From IMG/VR virus record IMGVR_UViG_3300045988_177920, positions 30,051 to 94,050 of that record: a stretch of DNA of 64,000 bases. One strand, 5' to 3'. The position numbers were made by a program, and so were the translations under genes. Every line of letters starts with the position of its first letter. Position 1 is the first letter of the stretch. The stretch is from a virus. Shown here piece by piece: positions 58,220-64,000 of the stretch. The notes under the pieces are model-generated. The model was not told the origin of the DNA and searched no databases. It worked only from the letters and a program-made list of their open reading frames with translations.

Positions 58220-61200
58220 ATATCAGACCCCTATAACTCAAGAATTACTTGATTCTATGAATGAGGAGATTAAGGAACAATTTTTTGATTATATTAATAA
58301 TGTTCCTTATATAAAAAGACTGATTTCTTCTAATAGACCTTACGCTAAAGATCTTCCTAGAGATAGCGAAGGTAAAATTATTATTGATATAACAAAGCCT
58401 CATATATTAGAAGATACCGATTATTTCAGACCTACAGCAATACATTTTTAGAAAACAGGAAGACTTACAGATTTAAAACCTAATGCTAATCCTAACAGTG
58501 AATTTGGAAAGTGGATTAGGGAAGAAATAAGAAGATGTTATGAAGGATATGTAAGACCCTCAGACGGTGAATGGATTACAGGAGATATGTATTTCTTTTT
58601 GAATTATTGTCCTATGCAACTTATTAAGAAAGATGCAAAGGGTAAAACTATCCGTTCTGTAGGAATGCCTTTATTCTGGGAAGGGCACTATTATAAATTT
58701 CATTTTTTACAATAGTGTAGAGATAGTGGGCATCATTATATGGAATTATCAAGACGTGGTTGTGGTAAATCATTTTGTGGGGCATCTTTATTGGCAAAAA
58801 GATTTATATTAGGAGAAGGATATGAAGTAAATAAAAAAGTACAATGTGTTGTAACAGCTTCAGAAAGAAAATATATACAAGGCGCTAATTAGATTCTTGA
58901 TATGTTTTAGTATTATATAGATTTCTGTGCTAGTAACACATAGTTTCCATCTAGAAGATTAACCTCTAGTCTTTAGAATATGCAATGGACTATGGGTTAT
59001 TTAGATGTTGAAACAGGAGTTAGAATGGGCACAGAAAACAGTGTTATGGGTATTACATCTAAAGATGATGAATCTAAACTTAGAGGTTCTAGAGGGGTAT
59101 TATATATAATCGAGGAGAGCGGTTGCCACTTAAAAGGTACTAAAGTTATGTTATATAATGGCACTTTTAAGAATGTAGAAGATGTTACTACAGAGGATCT
59201 TCTTATGGGAGATGATGGAACTTCTAGAAAAGTTTTAGAATTATATTCAGGAATTGATGATATGTATAAAATAACATTATCAAATGGTGATACATAGATA
59301 GTCAATAGTAGACATCCAATATATTTTAAAAGCTATAATTGGAATACCAAGAAGTACACAGAACATTTAATGACTGCTCCTTAGATTATGTAGATTAAAG
59401 ATCTAAATAAAGGTAATTATATCTATAAGTCAGATAAAGTAGCTTTTCCCTATAAAAAGCTTAAAATTGACCCTTATTGGATAGGACTTTGGTTAGGCGA
59501 TGGGGACAAAACAAGAATGGCAGTAAGTAATGAAGATCCTGAAGTATTAGATTGGTTAGAGACATATTGTATGACAAATTGTCTTAGATACTCAAAACGA
59601 TATTTAAAACAATCTAAGAAATGTTATAATCTAAATATCTCATCTAAAAATGCTTTATTTAAAGAGTTTGTTTCTCTAAATTTAAAGAACAATAAGCACT
59701 TACCTGACATATATAAATATAATTCCAAAGAGGTGTTGTTAAATATACTTGCAGGTGTTATAGATACTGATGGGACTTTAAATAGAAAGAAACAGTACTA
59801 TGAAATAACACAAGTTTATAAAAATAAACAGATTATAGATGATATTGCTTATATTTCTAGAGTATTGGGATTTAGAGTAACTATAACTACAAAAGTTGCA
59901 TGCCAAACAGCTAAAGGTGCAGGACATTTAAATTATAGACTACGAATATCGGGAGATATAGACAAGATTCCTGTTAAAATAGAAAGAAAAAAAATAATCA
60001 AGAGACATACTGCAAGAAATAGAAGAAATTGGAATGAATATACTTTTAAAGTAGAACCTTGTGGAAAGGGAGAGTATTATGGATTTACTATAGATAAAAA
60101 TCATTTATTCTTACTAGACGATTTCACAATAACCCATAATACATTTCCTAGACTATTAAATTTATGGTAGGTATTAAGACCTTCTGTAGAAGATGGTGAT
60201 AGTGTATGGGGAATTATTGCTGCTTGGGGTACGGCAGGTGATAATGATTCTGATTTTAGTTCTATGCAAGAACTTATGTATAATCCTAAAGGATATAATG
60301 TTTTGGGAATTAATAATATTTATGATAAAGAAGGTTAGGGTAGAAAATAGTTTACATACTTCTTTCCAGGGTACTTAAACAGAGCTGACTGTTATGATAA
60401 AGATGGTAATAGTGATGTTATTAAAGCATTAGTACAGATACTAAAAGATAGGTATCTTGTTAAATATAATTCAACCAATATTAATGCCATTACTAAACGT
60501 ATTGCAGAAATCCCCATAACTCCATAGGAAGCTATTCAAAGAGCTAAAGGTAATATATTTCCTATAACAGAATTGACAGCAAGATTAAATGAAATTGATG
60601 GTAATCCCAACTTTTATGATGATACTTATGTAGGTAATCTCATATTCAATAAGAAACACGAAGTAGAATTTTAGCCTAGTTATGATAAACCTATTAGAGA
60701 CTTTCCTTTAAAAGATAATAAAAGTACTGGTGCTTTAGAGATATTTGAAATGCCGCAGGAGGTGTAGGGAAGAATACCACAAGATAGATATATAGCATCT
60801 TTAGATAATTATGAAAATGATGAGTCTAATACTATGTCATTGGGGTCTTTATTTGTAATGGATTTATGGACAGATAAAATAGTTGCAGAATATACAGGAA
60901 GACCAATGTTTGTAGATGATTTAAATGAGATAGCTAGAAAAGTTTGTCTGTTCTATAATTGTTAGTTACTCTATGAAAGTAATAAGAAAAACACTTTTTC
61001 ATATTTTAGTAGAACTAATAGTTTGTATATGTTAGCAGACACTCCCGAATATTTAAGAAATAAACAGCTTATAAAATCCTCTAATTTCGGTAATTCAAGT
61101 AAAGGAGTTTAGGCAACTGTACCTATTAAAAATTTTGGTTTAACCTTAATTAGGGATTGGCTATTAAAGCCTGTAACTATAAATGAAGAGTAGGATGGCC

Positions 61201-61451
61201 ATGAAGTATCTTATACTGTTCCTAATTTATCTTTTATAAAAAATAGGGCTCTGTTAAAAGAACTTATTTTATTTAATCCTGATATAAATGTTGATAGATT
61301 AATGTCTCTAATTCAACTTATGCTCTTTAGAGAAGAAAAAATGATTTTATATCAAGGTGATATGAGGAGAGCTTAGGCAAAACCAAAGGGATTAGAAATG
61401 GACCCATTCTTTGAAAAAAACTATAGATAGTTTAAACTTAATACTTTATAA
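58197..61451 (+). CDS. terL: Terminase large subunit, TAG-recoded, interrupted by an intein
   Basis: A single frame (start mod 3 = 0) links track ORFs 58197, 58980 and 59517 and continues to TAA 61449-61451 with only TAG interruptions. Walker A SRRGCGKSF, Walker B-like VLYIIEE, and downstream WGTAGD are present. Confidence 0.8.
59124..60140 (+). mobile_element. Intein (339 codons) with LAGLIDADG homing endonuclease, in-frame in terL
   Basis: It starts with Cys (EESG/CHLKGTKV), contains LGLWLGDGD and LAGVIDTDG, and ends in THN followed by Thr (60141). Three in-frame TAGs lie inside it, at 59295, 59382 and 59391. Confidence 0.8.
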
Positions 61452-61474
61452 TAGTTAATAAAATAATTATTATG

Positions 61475-61505
61475 TTGTGTAATTGTTTATTATATGATAC
61501 CTTTG
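61475..61505 (+). promoter_or_regulatory. Bacteroidota-type promoter upstream of the portal gene
   Basis: TTG (61475-61477) is followed after 20 nt by TACCTTTG (61498-61505), 25 nt before ATG 61531. Confidence 0.4.
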
Positions 61506-61530
61506 TACAAAATTTAAAGTTGAAAGATAT

Positions 61531-63936
61531 ATGAGTAATTTTGTTAAATTACCACCACAATAGTTACCATTTAATAGGAAAAATAAAAAATGGAGAAAAC
61601 TACATTGTGATTGGGCAGACTCTAAAACATTTTTCAACTATTCACCTGTTAGGAACAGTGTTATTCATAAGAAGATTAATTATGATTTAATTAATGGCAA
61701 ACTTCATATGAGTGACCTTATGATGATATTAAATCCTGAACATCTTTAGGCAGGATTTATTCCTGATAAAATACAACACTATCCTATCATGAATAGCAAA
61801 TTAGATGTTCTGAGAGGCGAAGAATCTGCCAGAGTTTTTGATTATAGAGTTATTATAACAAATCCAAATTCAATATCTGAAATAGAGAACAATAAAAGAG
61901 ACCAAATCTATCAAGAACTTCAAAAAGCTGTTTAGGACACCTCTTCTTCTGATGAAGAGTTTAATCAACGTATTTAGTAGATGGGGGATTACTTTTCATT
62001 AGAATGGTAGGATATAAGAGAAATAAGAGCCAATTCATTGCTTCATCACTATATTAAAGAACTTAATATGCCCCTAATATTTAATTAGGGATTTATGGAT
62101 GGAATGACTGTTGGTGAAGAAATCTATCAATGTGATATAGTAGGAGGAGAGCCTGTTATTGAAAGAATAAATCCTTTAAATATAAGAGCTTTTAGGTCAG
62201 GATATTCTAATAGATTAGAAGATGCAGACATTATAATTCTTGAGGATTATTGGAGTCCTGGTAAAATCATTGATACATATTATGATGTATTAACAGAAAA
62301 GGATAGAAAGTATATTGAATAGATGCCTGATAATTTAGGATAGGGGTCTACTGATTCTATGGATAATATAGATGAAAGATATGGCTTTATAAATGGATCT
62401 ATGTTAGGAGAAACATTTAATTCATAGACAGACTTTTTTTCTAATATTACAGGAGAACTTGATGGAGTTAATGACTCCCTTCTTCCTTTTGATATGAATG
62501 GTAATATAAGAGTTCTCAGAGTATATTGGAAATCTAGAAGAAAGATTAAAAAGGTTAAATCTTATGATCCTGAAACCGGAGAAGAAGTATTTAATTTTTA
62601 TCCTGAAACTTATATAACAAAAACAGAAGAAGGAGAGGAAGAAACAGTTTTTTATATAAATGAAGCTTGGGAAGGTACTAAAATAGGAACTGATATATAT
62701 GTAAATATGCGTCCTAGAGTAGTATAGTATAACAGATTAAGTAATCCTTCAAGATGTCATTTTGGTATTATAGGATCTATATATAATCTTAATGATTCTA
62801 AGCCGTTTTCTTTAGTAGATAAAATGAAATCATATAATTATTTATATGATGTTATTCATGACAGACTAAATAAACTCCTTGCTAGAAACTGGGGTGTTTT
62901 AGTAAATCTTGATTTAGCTAAAGTTCCTACAGGATGGGATATTGAAAAATGGATGTATTTTGCTAAGACTTCAGGTATAGTTGTTACTGATAGTTTTAAG
63001 GAAGGCAATTCAGGCGCTTCTATGGGCAAACTTTCAGGGGCATTAAATAATGCACAACAAGGGGCTTTTAATGCTGATGTTGGTAATACTATTCAGTAGT
63101 ATGTAAATCTTCTTGAATATATTAAACAGGAGATGACTGATGTTTCAGGTATTTCTAGACAGAGAGAAGGTTAGATTAGTAATAGAGAAACTGTTGGTGG
63201 AGTAGAAAGAGCCACACTTCAATCATCACATATTACAGAATGGCTCTTTATGGTACATGATGATGTTAAAAAAAGAGCATTAGAGTGTTTCCTTGAAACT
63301 GCAAAAATAGCATTAAAAGGTAGAAGTAAAAAGTTTCAGTATTTACTTGCAGATAATACACTTAAAGTTACTGAAATTGATGGTGATGAATTTGCTGAAT
63401 CTGACTATGGTCTTGTTGTTGATAACAGTGACGGTATGCAAGAGCTTAAATAGAAACTTGATATGCTTGCATAGGCAGCTTTACAAAATCAAGCTCTTAA
63501 CTTCTCTACTATTATGAAATTATATAATAGTACTTCTCTTGCTGAAAAACAAAGAATGGTTGAAAAGAATGAGTAGGATATGTTGTAGAGAGCATAGGAA
63601 CAACAACAATAGCAACAAGAATTAGCACAATAGCAGCTACAATAGTAGGCTTAGTAGAAATAGGCAGAAATGGAACTTAAAGACTCTATAAACCAAAGAG
63701 ATAATGAAACCAGAATACTTGTTGCTGAAATAAATGCTGAATCTATGGCTAATCAAAATTTCTATAAAGAAGATCCTGAACAGGCTAAAGCCGAATTAGC
63801 TGAAAAAGTTAGACAATTTAATTCTAAATAGGAATTAGAGAAAGATAAACTGGCCGAGACTAAAAGAAAAAATAAAGCTGACGAGGCTTTAAAATTAAAA
63901 TAGATAAATAAACCAAATAATACTAGTAGCAAATGA
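61531..63936 (+). CDS. Probable portal protein (801 codons), TAG-recoded
   Basis: One frame (mod 3 = 1) links track ORFs 62095, 62494, 62824 and 63250. I translated most of it and found only TAG interruptions, ending at TGA 63934-63936. The call rests on size and position directly after terL. Confidence 0.6.
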
Positions 63937-64000
63937 TTAAATATAAAGATATAGTATATTCAAAGAATGCCCCAAAGGAACATAATGTTTTATGGATAAA
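63933..64000 (+). CDS. Hypothetical late protein, 3'-partial
   Basis: The ATG overlaps the portal TGA (ATGA). The translation MIKYKDIVYSKNAPKEHNVLWIK runs off the window. Confidence 0.4.
   Translation, partial: MIKYKDIVYSKNAPKEHNVLWI

Noticed and set aside
58980-60170. Track ORFs 58980-59297 and 59517-60170 as independent genes (one a free-standing LAGLIDADG endonuclease).
   Set aside because: Both are in the terL frame, joined through TAG codons. They are bounded by Cys and His-Asn/Thr splice junctions, so they form an intein within TerL.
60193-60378. The 61-aa track ORF downstream of the intein.
   Set aside because: It is out of frame with, and fully inside, the C-terminal extein of terL.
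63934-63936. Possible additional TGA reassignment.
   Set aside because: TGA terminates the portal-like gene, the HNH gene and several early genes at sensible positions with ATGA coupling. I saw no in-frame TGA inside the long recoded frames I translated.

Overview
This window reads as about 64 kb of a crAss-like (Crassvirales-type) podophage, probably infecting a Bacteroidota host. It is AT-rich, has TTTG/TAnnTTTG promoters, and shows no lysogeny genes. There are three blocks. (1) Late and virion genes at both ends (plus strand 1-3441 and 55336-64000; minus strand 3491-16539) are open only if TAG is translated. They include two giant minus-strand genes (one carries the DFDID loop of a virion RNA polymerase), an intein-containing TerL and a portal. 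(2) A standard-code minus-strand replication and nucleotide-metabolism module spans 16.7-43.1 kb. It holds PolA, primase, DnaB-like and SF2 helicases, SSB, nucleases, ThyX, Dut, Trx, NrdG, and NrdD split by a group I intron carrying an HNH gene. (3) A GC-richer block of small unknown early-type genes (44.9-51.6 kb) ends in an unusual divergent intergenic region (51.6-52.4 kb). tRNA genes lie at 43.2-44.5 kb (minus) and 54.8-55.3 kb (plus). A CUA-anticodon suppressor tRNA sits 17 nt upstream of the first TAG-containing ORF. The most unusual content is a four-gene JAB / E1-like cluster, with possible E2-like and ubiquitin-like partners, inside the replication module (32.4-36.0 kb). Its gene order matches bacterial Bil-type ubiquitin-like conjugation operons. 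All calls come from manual translation and motif reading. No database search or folding program was run.
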